DNA of 64,000 nucleotides from the human T2T-CHM13v2.0 reference genome, Homo sapiens: assembly GCF_009914755.1 (NCBI RefSeq), contig NC_060926.1; one strand, 5' to 3'. Numbering within the stretch: position 1 is the first letter of the stretch; the number at the start of each line of letters is the position of its first letter. This document shows, one piece after another, positions 43,681-60,971 of this stretch. Both the position numbers and the translations under genes were made by a program. A model generated the notes under the pieces. The model worked only from the letters and a program-made list of their open reading frames with translations. It was not told where the DNA came from and did no database searches.

Positions 43681-44231
43681 AAGCAATTTTAATGCTGAGA
43701 CAAAATAATTTAATTTCCTACCCATATGTTGAACGTTCCTTAAGGCACTAAAAAAATCTCTAAAATCCATATGCTTGAAAATATCTAAATTTCTGCCAAA
43801 CTTAGTTCAGGCTTATTAGTAATTCCAAACGAGTGAAATCATTGTGATTATACAAGAAAAAATTGATTAAGGTATGGCAGCTTTCTCTACTATCCACTAT
43901 TTCAGAGCTGAAAACAATACGTATATCAGATCTTGGTTCTGTGACATCTAAAAGTATCTACAACATTTGTGAGCAAGAAAATGTAGAACCTATCAAATAA
44001 ACTTTGAGAACCATTAACTTGTTTTACTCTACCTGTAACACTCTCTATAGAGCTAAATTAACATTCTTTGTATTGTCATTTCAATAAAAATGTTATGACT
44101 CTTTCATAGTTAAAATCAACTTTTTAAATTTTCAGTGCTAACCATTATCACTTAATAAACAGCAGTTAGATTTTGACACCTTGATTTATTTTAAAGAAAA
44201 GTTAATATCCATTGAGATGTGAATTTTACAT

Positions 44232-46505
44232 AAAGAGAATAAACAAAATCAGATGATTATCTTAATAGATGCAGATAAGCCTTGATAAAATTCAATATCT
44301 CTTCATGTTAAGAGCCCTCAATAAACTAGGAATTGAAGGAACATACTTCAAAATAATAAAAGCCATCTATGACAAACCCACAGCCAACATCATTCTGAAT
44401 GGGCAAAAGCTGGAAGCATTCCGCTTGAGAACCACGAGACAACAAAAACCTCTCTCATCACTACTATTCAACATAGCACTGAAAGTCCCCGACAGAGCAA
44501 TCAGGCAAGAGAAAGAAATAAAAGGTATCCAAATAGGAAGAGAGGAAGTCAGTCTACCCCTGTTTGCAGACATGATTCTATAGCTAGGAAACCTCATGGT
44601 CTCTGCTCCCAAGCTCTTTGCTCTGATAAACAACTTCAAAAAATTTTTTAAATGTACAAAAGTCAGGTGCAATTCCAAACACTAGCAACATCCAAGCTGA
44701 GAGCCAAGTCAAGAATGCAATCCTATTCACAATCACCACCAAAAGAATAAATCATCTAGGAATACAGCTAACCAGGGAGGCGAAAGACCTCTACAACAAG
44801 AATTACAAAACACTGCTCAAAGAAATCAGAGATGACACAGACAAATGGAAAAACATTCTATGCTCATGGATAAGAAAAAATCAATGTAATTAAAATGGCT
44901 ATACTGCCCAAAGCAATTTATGGATTCAATGCTATTCCTACCAAACTAACAATGACATTCCTCACAGAATTAGACAAAACTATTTTAAAATTCATATGGA
45001 ACCAAAAAAGCCCAAATAGCCAAGGCAATCCTAAGCAAAAGGAACAGAGCTGGAGGCATCATGTCACCTGACTTCAAACTATACTACAATGGTATAGTAA
45101 TCAAAACAGCACGGTACTGGTAAAAACAAACAAACAAAAACAGACACAGAGACCAATGCAACAAAACAGATCACCTACAACCATCAGATCTTAGAAAAAG
45201 CTGACAAAAATAAGCAATGGGGAAGGGACACCATATTCAATAAATAGGGCTGAGATAACTGATTAGCCATACGGAGTGGTTTGAAAATGACCGCTTCCTC
45301 ATACCATATATAACAATCAATTCAAAATAAATTAAAACTTAAATGTAAAACCTAAAACTATAAAACTTCTGAAAGATAACCTAGGAAATACTATTCTGGA
45401 CATAGGACCTGGCAAAGATTTTATGACAGAGTCCAAAAGCAATTGCAGCAAAAACAAAAATTGATAAATGGCATCTTAATTGAACTAAAGAGCTACTGCT
45501 CGGCAAAATAAACTATCAATAAACAAACAACCTATACAATGGGAGAAAATATTTACAAACTATGCATCCAACAAAGGTTTAATATCTAGAATTCCTAAGA
45601 AACTTAAACAAATGTACAAGAAAAAAATAACCCCACTAATAAGTGAGCAAAGAACATGAACAGACACTTACCAAAAGAAGACATTCATGTGGCCAACAGG
45701 AATATTAAAAAATACTCAATATCACTAATCATTACAGAAATGCAAATCAATACGACAATGAGATACCATCTCATGCTAGTCATAATGATGACTATTAAAA
45801 AGTCAAAAATTAACAGATGCTGGTGATATTACAGAGGAAAGGGAATGCTTATATACTGCTGATGGGAGTGTAAATTAGTTCAGCCATTGTGGAAAGCAGT
45901 GTGGTGATTCCTCAAAGAACTTAAAATGAAATTATCATTTGACCCAGCATTCTCATTACTGGGTATATACTCAAAGGACTATATATTGTTTTATCATAAA
46001 GGAACATACATCTGTATGTTCATTGCAGCACTATTCACAATAGCAAAGACATGAGCTCAACCTAGATTCCCATCAACAGTAGACTAGATAAAGAAAATGT
46101 GGTACACATACATATACTATGTAGCTATAAAAAAAAAAAAAAAACAATGAAATCATGTCCTTTGCAGTGACATGGGTGAAACTGGAGGTCATTATCCCAG
46201 GCAAACAAACAAAGGAACAAAAAACCAAATACTGCATGTTCTCACTTATGGGAACTAATAAATGAGAACACATGGACACAAAGAGGGGAACAAAAGAGTC
46301 TGGGGCCTACTTGCGGGTGAAGGCTAGGAGGAGGGAGAGGAAGAGAAAAAATACCTTATTGGGTACTATGCTCATTACATGGATGATGAAATAATATATA
46401 CACGAAACCCCCATGACATGCAGTTTACCTATAGAACAAATTTGCAGATGCACCCCTAAATCTAAAATAAAAGTCCAAAAACGACCAAAAAAAAACAAAC
46501 AGAAA
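44232..46505 (+). mobile_element. 5'-truncated L1PA15/16, disabled ORF2 3' half
   Basis: RT peptides ([26 protein letters not shown]); 3'UTR gggtactatgctcattac..gacatgcagtttacctat; A-rich tail. Confidence 0.9.
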
Positions 46506-47306
46506 AGAAGTAAATTTTGTGAAGTCTTTAGTTTATAAGTTAAATATGCTCAAAACATAAAGAAATCAAGAGTTCTAGAGTAATTGTCATTTATACAACA
46601 TGAACAATGCAAACATAAATTTGAAAGCTTACATAATTCTCAAAAGAACCACAAATTATTGAAAAAATAAACATTTTCTATCCATGTAGATATTGACCAA
46701 AATTTTTATAGAAAGAGATTAATGAATAAGCTTAAATTGTAAAAGCAATCTATTGACATTTCCAAACCTATTGACTTGATTTATTCCAGTACTATAACAG
46801 TATATAAAATTATATATTCTATTTATAATAGTACATGTAAATATTACATACATAGTATTACTTTACTACATAATGCATACAGTATTAGTTTATTATGTAA
46901 GCGTATGTAACTATACATATGTAGTTATTAGTTTATTCACCAATTCAAGTATTCATCAAACTTAACAAACATGTATTTGCTTACAACTTACTCAACATCT
47001 GAAACTGCACTTCGTATCGAAGGTATAAAACTTAGCAAGGTCAGTTTTGCCTGCCAGAGCTCTCATTCATATATGGGAGCTAAATGAGTGGATCTCATGA
47101 AGATTGGTGATCACCAGAGGCTGGAAAGGGTAGCATGAAGGGAAGGTGGTTAATGGTCCAAACATACAGTTTGATAAAAGAAATAAGACGTGGTGTTTGA
47201 TATATTAGCAGGGTGACTATAGTTTACAGTGATCTATAATACATTTCAAAATAGCTAGAAGAAAATAATTTAAATGTTATTAGCATATAGAAAAGACAAA
47301 TATCTA

Positions 47307-48211
47307 GGGGGAGGAGCCAAGATGGCCGAATAGGAACAGCTCCGGTCTACAGCTCCCAGCCTGAGCGACGCAGAAGACAGGTGATTTCTGCATTTCCATC
47401 TGAGGTACCGGGTTCATCTCACTAGGGAGTGCCAGACAGTGGGCACAGGTCAGTGGGTGCGTGCACCGTGCGCGAGCCAAAGCAGGGCGAGGCATTGCCT
47501 CACTCGGAAAGCACAAGGGGTCAGGGAGTTCCCTTTCCTAATCAAAGAAAGGGGTGATGGACGGCACCTGGAAAATCGGGTCACTCCCACCCTAATACTG
47601 CACTTTTCCGTTGGGCTTAAAAAACGGCGCACCATGAGATTATATCCCGCACCTGGCTCGGAGGGTCCTACCCCATGGAGTCTCACTGATTGCTAGCACA
47701 GCAGTCTGAGATCAAACTGCAAGGCGGCAGCGAGGCTGGGGGAGGGGCGCCCACCATTGCCCAGGCTTGCTTAGGTAAACAAAGCAGCCGGGAAGCTTGA
47801 ACTGGGTGGAGCCCACCACAGCTCAAGGAGGCCTGCCTGCCTGTGTAGGCTCCACCTCTGGGGGCAGGGCACAGACAAACAAAAAGACAGCAGTAACCTC
47901 TGCAGACTTAAATGTCCCTGTCTGACAGCTTTGAAGAGAGCAGTGGTTCTCCCAGTACGCAGCTGGAGATCTGACAATGGGCAGACTGCCTCCTCAAGTG
48001 GGTCCCTGACCCCTGACCCCCGAGAAGCCTAACTGGGAGGCACCCTCCAGCAGGGGCACACTGACACCTCACACTGCAGGGTACTCCAACAGACCTGCAT
48101 CTGAGGGTCCTCTCTCTTAGAAGGAAAACTAACAAACAGAAAGGACATCCACACCAAAAACCCTTCTGTACATCACCATCATCAAAGGCCAAAATAGATA
48201 AAACCACAAAG
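47307..48211 (+). promoter_or_regulatory. L1 5'UTR internal promoter with YY1 site and antisense-promoter region; lacks the 129-bp ZNF93-bound segment
   Basis: caagatggccg at 47318-47328; 905-nt UTR; junction gggtactccaacagacc near 48079-48095 is the short form. Confidence 0.85.
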
Positions 48212-49228
48212 ATGGGGAAAAAACCGAACAGAAAAACTGGAAACTCTAAAAATCAGAGCGCCTCTCCTCCTCCAAAGGAACGCAGCTCCTCACCAGCAAT
48301 GGAACAAAGCTGGACGGAGAATGACTTTGACGAGCTGAGAGAAGAAGGCTTCAGACGATCAAATTACTCTGAGCTACGGGAGGACATTCAAACCAAAGGC
48401 AAAGAAGTTGAAAACTTTGAAAAAAATTTAGAAGAATGTATAACTAGAATAACCAATACAGAGAAGTGCTTAAAGGAGCTGATGGAGCTGAAAACCAAGG
48501 CTCGAGAACTACGTGAAGAATGCAGAAGCCTCAGGAGCCGATGTGATCAACTGGAAGAAAGGGTATCAGTAATGGAAGATGAAATGAATGAAATGAAGCG
48601 AGAAGGAAAGTTTAGAGAAAAAAGAATAAAAAGAAATGAGCAAAGCCTCCAAGAAATATGGGACTATGTGAAAAGACCAAATCTGTGTCTGATTGGTGTA
48701 CCTGAAAGTGATGGGGAGAATGGAACCAAGTTGGAAAACACTCTGCAGGATATTATCCAGGAGAATTTCCCCAATCTAGCAAGGCAGGCCAACATTCAGA
48801 TTCAGGAAATACAGAGAACGCCACAAAGATAATCCTCAAGAAGAGCAACTCCAAGACACATAATTGTCAGATTCACCAAAGTTGAAATGAAGGAAAAAAT
48901 GTTAAGGGCAGCCAGAGAGAAAGGTCGGGTTACCCTCAAAGGGAAGCCCATCAGACTAACAGTGGATCTCTTGGCAGAAACCCTACAAGCCAGAAGAGAG
49001 TGGGGGCCAATATTCAACATTCTTAAAGAAAAGAATTTTCAATCCAGAATTTCATATCCAGGCAAACTAAGTTTCATAAGTGAAGGAGAAATAAAATCCT
49101 TTACAGACAAGCAAATGCTGAGAGATTTTGTCACCACCAGGCCTGCCCTAAAAGAGCTCCTGAAGGAAGCACTAAACATGGAAAGGAACAACCGGTACCA
49201 GACACTGCAAAATCATGTCAAAATGTAA
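48212..49228 (+). pseudogene. L1 ORF1p with premature TAA at 48830-48832
   Basis: MGKKPNRKTGNSK...QRTPQR* then MKEKMLRAAREK...NHVKM in the same frame. Confidence 0.95.
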
Positions 49229-49291
49229 AGACCATCGAGACTAGGAAGAAACTGCATCAACTAACGAGCAAAATAACCAGCTAACATCATA

Positions 49292-52326
<3,035 letters not shown>

Positions 52327-52584
52327 ACAATGAGATCACATGGACACAGGAAGGGGAATATCACACTGGGTTCTGTTGTGGGGTGGGGGTTGGTGGGGAG
52401 GGATAGCATTGGGAGATATACCTAATGCTAGATGACGAGTTAGTGGGTGCAGCACACCAGCATGGCCCATGTATACGTATGTTACTAACCTGCACAATGT
52501 GCACATGTACCCTAAAACTTAAAGTATAATAATAAAAGAAAAAAAAAAAAAGAAAAGACAAATATTTAAAGTAATGGATATCCC

Positions 52585-52733
52585 TTGGGCTAGGGGAGGG
52601 ATAGCATTAGGAGAAATACCTAATGTAGATGACGGGTTGATGGGTGCAGCAAACCACCAAGGTGTGTGTATACCTATGTAACACACCTGCACGTTCTGCA
52701 CATGTATCCTACAAGTTAAAGTATAATTTTAAA
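52585..52733 (+). mobile_element. ~150-bp heavily 5'-truncated L1PA7/8
   Basis: ggagaaatacctaatgtagatgacgggttgatgggtgcagcaaaccacc; 17-bp TSD aaagt(a/g)atggatatccc at 52568-52584 and 52734-52750. Confidence 0.92.
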
Positions 52734-53949
52734 AAAGTGATGGATATCCCAAGTTACACTAATATGACCTTTATACATTATATGACTGTATTCAATTACC
52801 ATGATGTACATTCACTACTCATTAATACAAATTTTTTTAAAGAAAATAAAATAGATATTTAAAATGTGGTATGATAAGTACTGTAACAGTGGATGGTAGA
52901 TCTTCCAAAACTTACTAGTTCCTTTTCAGTTTGGCATCTACTTCTTCATTTTGTTAAAATAAAACATAATTGAATATTTTTGTGTTTATCTTAATGATAT
53001 TGTAATTTACGATTTTTACAAGTATGCAACTTTATGATTTTAATAAACCTTACTTAAATATTATTGTAGCCAATTAAGTGAAGCTAATCCAGACATCTAT
53101 GCATCAAGTTTGTTATAGGTGGTGACACACTGTAAAAATGTGTACACATTTATGTAACAATGGAATTAAGTTTTTAATTTATTCCTGCCGGTGGATAATA
53201 ACAGGAAGTCAGGGAGATGGAGGCACAGTTGCTATCTATCCAGTCACATATTGTTTGCGACTAAGCACCATTCAAGAGACCTTCTTTCTGCCTCATTAAA
53301 TAAGTTAATCATGTAAATCACAGATAAAATTTGAGGATATATGGATATAGTTTACACATAAATGATGTATTTTTATTGCTGAGAATAAAAACAGATGTGA
53401 CAATGCCCAGGTGTCAGTCACAAAATATTATCATTCTTTAGTATCTAATATGAATGAATGGAAAATTAAAAGGTCAAATTGAGATATATATATGTATGTG
53501 TATATATATATAATCTGTAGAACATAATCACCAATACAAATCATTCTCCATAATTAAAATAAGTCTAAGTAGCTCAACTGCTGTGATAAGAATTTAAAAT
53601 GAGCCACGTATCATATCTGGAAATGGCATTGAGAGACTTTTTAAACAGAAGCTCCAAAAATCCATCATTTTATGAACAAAATGTCTATTAATATAGGTTT
53701 AGTGAGTTCATGACTCATGTCATGGCTAAATCCTTTTTATTTTTCACAGTCCCTCAGTACTCCACAAACCTTCTACTGTTGCCAGCAGTATTAGTAGTGT
53801 GGCCAGACAGAGGATGCAACACCTGAAAGATTGATGCAGAACAACTAAATAAATGGAAAGGCAAACGTAAACATGATCATTTCAAAGCAAATAATTACAG
53901 TCATGTCTCTGGAGGCAAATATTGGCGCAAATTTGTCTTTTCAATCAGT

Positions 53950-54585
53950 TTAACATGCTTTAAAAAACTTCTCTTTCGATTTTGTTTGATCCATGGTTAT
54001 TTAGGCATATCTTATTTAGTTTCAAATACTTGGGGATTTTCCACATATATGGTTACTCATTTGGAAGTTAATCGTATTGTGGTCAAAGAACATACACTGC
54101 ATAATTTTAAATGTTTTAGATTTGTTGAGACTTACTTTGTGGCTTAGAATATGGTCTATCTTGGTAAACGCTTTGGGTGCCCTTAAAAATAGTGTGTAAT
54201 CTGCTGTTGTACAGTGGGGTGTTCCAGAAATGTCAATTAGGACAAGTGGATTATGTTGTTGTTTACCTCTTTTATATCCTTACTGATTTTCTCTCTGTCC
54301 TGTCAGTCATTGAGACATGAATCTTGAAATCTCTAACTGTAATTGTGGAATTGTCTGTTTCTCATTGCAATTCTATCATTTTTGACCCATGTATTTTTCT
54401 TAATTTTTAGGCACATAAGCATTTATCCTTCTGATAAATTGACCCTTTTAACCCATGGTAATATTGTTTGCTCTGAAATCTACTTTGTCTAATATTAAGA
54501 TAGCCCACACAGCTTTTTGTTGTTGTTGTTGTTTAATGCTGGCATAGTTTGTATTTTTTTTTATTTCTTTAATTTTAACATATTT
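53950..54585 (-). mobile_element. Old L1M fragment (ORF2 endonuclease region)
   Basis: aatatggtctatcttggtaaac..gtgtgtaatctgctgttg; ttgaaatctctaactgtaattgtgga. Confidence 0.8.
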
Positions 54586-55896
54586 GGGGATAGCAGATTA
54601 AGATGGCAGATAGGAGACAGGACTAGCCTTGTAGCTCACGCTTGGAGGAACAGAGCAGGATGTGGAGGCTCACATCCTCAACTTTTGCTCCAAGAACTAC
54701 TGCAAGAATGTACCAGGAAAGCTAAGAGAATCCACACACCCTTTGAAAGAATTGGATCATTGCTGCAGGCTCCCTGAGACACTGAAAACCTGTGAGTCTG
54801 CTTGCTTTTTCAATGGGGAGGTTCCTGGTCTGGGGCCAATTCTCAGCCCTGCTCACTGGTTGCCTGGAAATAGACTCGGTGCTGCTGTGGGGTCACGGTG
54901 GGAGTGAGACCAGCCTTTAGGACTGCAGGCTGCTGGGAGCAGGGTGAGGCCTGTGACTGCTGGCTTTCCCCTACTTCCCTGGCAACCTGGATGAGTAAGC
55001 AGAGGCAGCCATAATCACCCTCGGAATATAACTCCATTGGACTGAGAACCACACCCCGTCCTCCACATGAGCTGAATGAAGCAAGCCCCGCCCAAGGAGA
55101 GACTGAATTCAGATATGCCTATCCCTGCCCCTACCCTGTGGTCTTTATCTACCAGCCCTGGTAGCTGAAGACAAAGGTCATAATCCCTTGGGAGCTGTAT
55201 GGCCCTGTCTACCACCTGAGGAACCTGAATACTGAACCAGGTGTCCCTAGGGCAAGTTTGCATCCTGCGCACAGGACCACAGATAATGGGCTCTTGAGAG
55301 CACCACCTCCTGGCTGGAGGCCGACCAACACAAAACCAGCACATTAAACAAAAACACAACCAAGGACCCTCACAGATTCCACTTCACTCCCCTGCTGCCT
55401 CCACCAAAGCAGGCGTTGGTATCCACAGCTGCAAGACCTGAAGGTGGATCACATCACAGGGCTCTTTGCAGACATGCCCCAGTACCAGCCTGGAGCCCAG
55501 TAGCTCCGCTGGGTGGCTAGACCAAGAAAAGCAAAAAGTATCACTATAGTTTGGCTCACAGGAAGCTCCATTCCTAGGGGAAGAGGGAGAACACTACATC
55601 AAGGGAGCACCCTGTGGGACAGAAGACTGAACGGCAGCACTTGAATCTTAGATCTTCTCTCTGACATAGAGAAGGAACCAGAAAATCAATTCTGGTAACA
55701 TGACAAAACAAAGTTCTTCAAAACCTCCAAAAGATCATGCCAGCTCACCAGCAATAGATCCAAAGCAAGACAAAATTTCTGAATTGCCAGAAAAAGAATT
55801 CAGGTCAATTATTAAGGTAATCAAAGAGGCACCAGAGAAAGGCAAAATCAAACTTAAATCAAAAACATGATATAGGATATGAAAGGAAAGTAATTC
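54586..55896 (+). mobile_element. L1PB (L1PBa-type) 5'UTR and ORF1 start; left arm of an interrupted element
   Basis: aagatggcagataggagacaggactag 5' end; agaaggaaccagaaaatcaattctggtaacatgacaaaac ORF1 start region. Confidence 0.85.
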
Positions 55897-56501
55897 ATCC
55901 AACTTGCCAGTCTTTGTCTTTTAATTGGGTCATTTAGCCTGTTTACATTTAAGGTTAATACTGTTAAGTGTGAATTTGATCCTGTCGTTATGATGCTGCC
56001 TGGTTATTTTGCCCATTAGTTGACGCAGTTTCTTCATAGTGTCGATGGTCTTTACAGTTGGTATGTTTTTACAGTGGCTGATAGTGGTTTTTCCTTTCCA
56101 TATTTAGTGCTTCCTTCAGGAGCTCTTGTAAGGCAGGCCTGGTGGTGACAAAATCTCTCACCGTTTGTTTTTCTGTAAAGGATTTTATTTTTCCTTTGCT
56201 TATGAAGCTTAGTTTGGCTAGATATGAAATTCTGGGCTGAAAATTCTTTTCTTTAAGAATGTTGAATATTGGCCCCCACTCTTTTCTGGCTTGTAGGGTT
56301 TCTGCAGAGATATCCACTGTAGTCTGATGGGCTTCCATTTGTGGGTAACCCAGCCTTTCTCTCTGGTTGCCCGTAACATTTTTTCCTTCATTTCAACCTT
56401 GGTGAATCTGATGGTTATGTGTCTTGGGGTTACTCTTCTCAAAGAGCATCTTTGTGGCATTCTCTGTATTTCCTGAATTTGAATGTTGGCCTGTCTTGCT
56501 A
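55897..56501 (-). mobile_element. Inverted 5' segment of an L1PA7 (ORF1 3' half to ORF2 start)
   Basis: Minus-strand ORF1 peptides (ETLQARKEWGPIFNILKEKNFQPRISY); ends at ctggcaagttggat, where the sense part begins. Confidence 0.92.
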
Positions 56502-57736
56502 AGAGTCAAACACATCGGTGGGCTGTATTTAGGAGACTCATCTCATGTGCAAAACACACATAGGCTCAAAATAAAGGGATGGAGGAATATTTACCAAGCA
56601 AATGGAAAGCAAAAAAAAAAAAAAAAAAAAGTACAGGGGTTGCAATTCTAGTCTCTGATAAAACAGACTTTAAACCAACAAAGATCAAACAAAGGCTAAG
56701 AAGGGTATTACATAATGGATCGATGCAAGCAACAAGAAAAGCTAACTATCCTAAATATATATACACCCCATACTGGAGCACCCAAATTCATCAAGAAAGT
56801 TCTTAGAGACCTACAAAGAGACTTAGACCCCCATGTAATAATAGTGGGAGACTTTAACAGCCCACTATCAATTTTAGACAGATCAATGAGACAGAAAATT
56901 AACAAGCATATTCAGGACTTGAACTCAGCTCTGGACCAAGCAGACCTAGTAGACATCTACAGAACTCTCTACCCCAAATCAACAGAATATACATTCTTCT
57001 GAGCACCACGTCACACCTATTCTAAAATTGACCACATAATTGGAAGTAAAACATTCCTCAGCAAATGCAGAAGAATGGAAATCATAACAAACAGTCTCTC
57101 ACACCGCAGTGCAATCAAATTAGAACTCGAGATTAAGAAACTCACTCAAAACCGCACAACTACATGGAAACTGAACAACATGCTCCTGAATGACTACTGG
57201 GTAATTAACGAAATTAAGGCAGAAATAAGTAAGTTCTTTGAAACCAATGAGAACAAAGACACAATATAGCAGAATCTCTGGGACAAAGCTAAAACATAGT
57301 TTAGAGGGAAATTTACAGCTCTAAATACCCACAGGAGAAAGCGGGAAAGATCTAAAACTGACACCCTAACATGATAATTAAAAGAACTAGAGAGACAAGA
57401 GCAAACAAATTCAAAACTAGCAGAAGACAAGAAATCACTAAGATCAGAGCAGAACTGAAGGAGATTAGAGACACGAAAAACCCTTCAAAAAACCAATGAA
57501 TCCAGGAGCTGGTTTTTATAAAAGATCAACAAAATAGACCAGTAGCCAGACTAATAAAGAATAAAAGAGAGAAGAATGAAATAGACACAATAAAAAATGA
57601 TAAAGGGCATATCACCACTGATCCCAAAGAAATACAAACTACCATCAGATAATATTATAAACACCTCTATGCAAATAAACTAGAAAATCTAGAAGAAATG
57701 GATAAATTCCTGGACATATACACCCTCCCAAGATGA

Positions 57737-57901
<165 letters not shown>

Positions 57902-59630
57902 TGAAACTCTTCCAATCAATAGAAAAAGAGGGAATCGGCCCTAACTCATTTTATGAGGCCAGCATCATCCTGATACCAAAAACTAGCAGAGAAACAACAA
58001 AAAAAGAAAATTTCAGGCCAATATTCCTGATGAACATCGATGCGAAAATCCTTAATAAAATACTGGCAAACCAAATCCAGCAGCACATCAAAAATCTTAT
58101 CCACCACGATCAAGTTGGCTGCATCCCTGGGATGCAAGGCTGATTCAACATATGCAAATCAGTAAACGTAACCCATTACATAAACAGAACCAATGACAAA
58201 AACCACATGATTATTTCAATAGATGCAGAAAAGGCCTTCGATAAAATTCAACAGCTCTTCATGCTAAAAATTCTCAATAAACTAGGTATTGATGGAACAT
58301 ACTCAAAATAATAAGAGCTCTTTATGACAAACCCACAGCCTATATCATACTGAATGGGCAAAGGCTGGAAGCATTCCCTTTGAAAACCAACACAAGACAA
58401 GGATGACCTCTCTCACTACTCCTATTCAACATAGTACTGGAAGTTCTGGCCAGGGCAATCAGGCCAGAAAAAGAAATAAAGTGTATTCAAATAGGAAGAG
58501 AGGAGGTCAAATTTTCTCTATTTGCAGATAACTTGATTGTATATTTAGAAAACCCCATCATCTCAGCCCAAAATCTCCTTAGGCTGATAAGCAACTTCAG
58601 CAGTCTCAAAATACAAAATCAACATGCAAAATTCACAAACAATCCTATACACCAACAATAGACATACAGAGAGCCATATCACGAGTGAACTCCAATTCAC
58701 AATTGCTACAAAGAGAATAAAATACCTAGGAATCCAACTTATAAGGGATGTGAAGGACCTCTTCAAAGAAAACTACAAACCATTGCTCAAGGAAATAAGA
58801 GAGGACAAAAACAAATGGAACAACATTCCATGCTCATGGATAGGAAGGGCCAATATTGTGAACATGGCCATACTGCCCAAAGTAATTTATAGATTCAATG
58901 TTATTCCCATCAAGCTACCATTGACTTATTTCATAGAATTAGAAAAAACTACTCAAAATTTCATATGGAACCAAAAAAGAGCCCATATAGCCAAGACAAT
59001 CCTAAGCAAAAAGAACAAGGCTGGAAGCATCACGCTTCCTGACTTCAAACTATACTACAAGGCTAAAGTAACCAAAACAGCATGGGATTGGTACCAAAAC
59101 AGATATATAGACCAATGGAACAGAACAGAACAGAGGCCTCAGAAATAATGCCACATATCTACAACCATCTGATCTTTGACCAGCCTGACGAAAACAAGCA
59201 ATGGGGAAAGGATTCCCTATTTAATAAATGGTTTTTGGAAAACTGGCTAGCCATATGCAGAAGACTGAAACTGGAACCCTTCCTTACACCTCATACATAA
59301 ATTAACTCAAGATGGAATAAAGACTAAACATAAGACCTAAAACCATGAAAACCCTAGAAGAAAACCTAGGCAATACCATTCAGGATATAGGCATGGGCGA
59401 AGACTTCATGACAAAAACACCAAAAGCAATGACAACAAAAGCCAAAATTGACAAATGGGAGCTAACTAAACTAAAGAGCTTCTGTACAGCAAAAGAAACT
59501 ATCATCAGAGTGAACAGGCAACCTACAGAATGGGGGAAAATTTTTGCAATATACTCATCTGACAAAGGGCTAATATCCAGAATCTTCAAGGAACTCAAAC
59601 AAATTTACAAGAAAAAAAAAACAACCCATC

Positions 59631-60971
59631 AACAAGTGGGCAAAGGATATGAACAGACATTTCTCAAAAGAAGACATTTATGCAGCCAACAGACACACGA
59701 AAAAATGCATGTATGTTTATTGCGGCACTATTCACGATGGCAAAGACTTGGAAGCAACCCAAATGTCCAACAATGATAGACTGGATTAAGCAAATGTGGC
59801 ACATATACACCATGGAATACTATGCAGCCATAGAAAATGATGAGTTCATGTCCTTTGTAGGGACATGGATGAAATTGGAAATTATCATTCTCAGTAAACT
59901 ATCGCAAGGACAGAAAACCAAACACCGCATGTTCTCACTCATAGGTAGGAATTGAACAATGAGAACACATGAACACAGGAAGGGGAACATCACACTCTGG
60001 GGACTGTTGTGGAGTCGGGGGAGGGGGGAGGGACAGCATTAGGAGATATACCTAATGCTAAATGATGAGTTAATGGGTGCAGCACACCAGCATGGCACAT
60101 GTATACATACGTAACTAACCTGCACATTGTGCACATGTACCCTAAAACTTCAAGTATAATAATAATAAAATTTAAAAAAATTAAAAAAAAAGAAAGAAAA
60201 AAAAATGCTCATCATCACTGGCCATCAGAGAAATGCAAATCAAAACCAAAATGAGATACCATCTCATCCCAGTTAGAATAGCAATCATTAAAAACGTGGG
60301 AAACAACAGGTCCTGGAGAGGATGTGGAGAAATAGGAACACTTTTACACTGTTGGTGGGACTGTAAATTGGTTCAACCACTGTGGAAGAAAGTGTGGCAA
60401 TTCCTCAGGGATCTAGAACTAGAAATACCATTTGACCCAGCCATTCCATTACTGGTTATATACCCAAAGGATTATAAATCATGCTGCTATAAAGACACAT
60501 GCATGCATATGTTTATTGCGGCACTATTCACAATAGCAAAGACCTGGAACCAACGCAAACGTCCAACAGTGATAGACTAGATTGAGAAAATGTGGCATAT
60601 ATACACCATGGAATACTATGCAGCCATAAAAAATGATGAGTTCATGTCCTTCATAGGGACATGGATGAAGCTGGAAACCATCATTCTCAGCAAACTATCG
60701 CAAGGACAAAAAGCCAAACATCGCATGTTCTCACTCATAGCTGGAAATTGAACAATGAGAACACTTGGACACAGGTAGGGGGACATCACACACAGGGCCT
60801 GTTGTGGGGTGGGGGGAGTGGGGAGGGATAGCATTAGGAGATATACCTAATGTAAATGACGAGTTAATAGGTGCAGCACACCAACATGGCACATGTATAC
60901 ATATATAACAAACCTGCACGTTGAGCACATGTACGCTAGAACTTAAAGTATAATAATAAAAAAAAAAAGAG
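59631..60971 (+). mobile_element. 5'-truncated L1PA4/5 nested in the L1PA7, itself interrupted at 59709-60208
   Basis: 3'UTR ggagatatacctaatgtaaatgacgag..caccaacatggc..ctagaac; TSD aaaaacaacc(c)catc ending at 59630 and 60986. Confidence 0.85.
59709..60199 (+). mobile_element. 5'-truncated L1PA3 nested in the L1PA4/5
   Basis: 3'UTR gcattaggagatatacctaatgctaaatga..caccagcatggc..gtaactaacc; TSD aaaaaatgc at 59700-59708 and 60200-60208. Confidence 0.88.

Noticed and set aside
43420-43770. 116-aa ORF as a functional protein, or as the inverted arm of the neighbouring L1PA15/16
   Set aside because: RT motif residues are degraded and followed by stops; it overlaps the same RT region as the 44232 element and is far too divergent from it
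47542-47757. L1 ORF0 on the antisense strand
   Set aside because: ATG at 47757 is present but the frame stops after 24 codons (CGA>TGA at 47685-47683)
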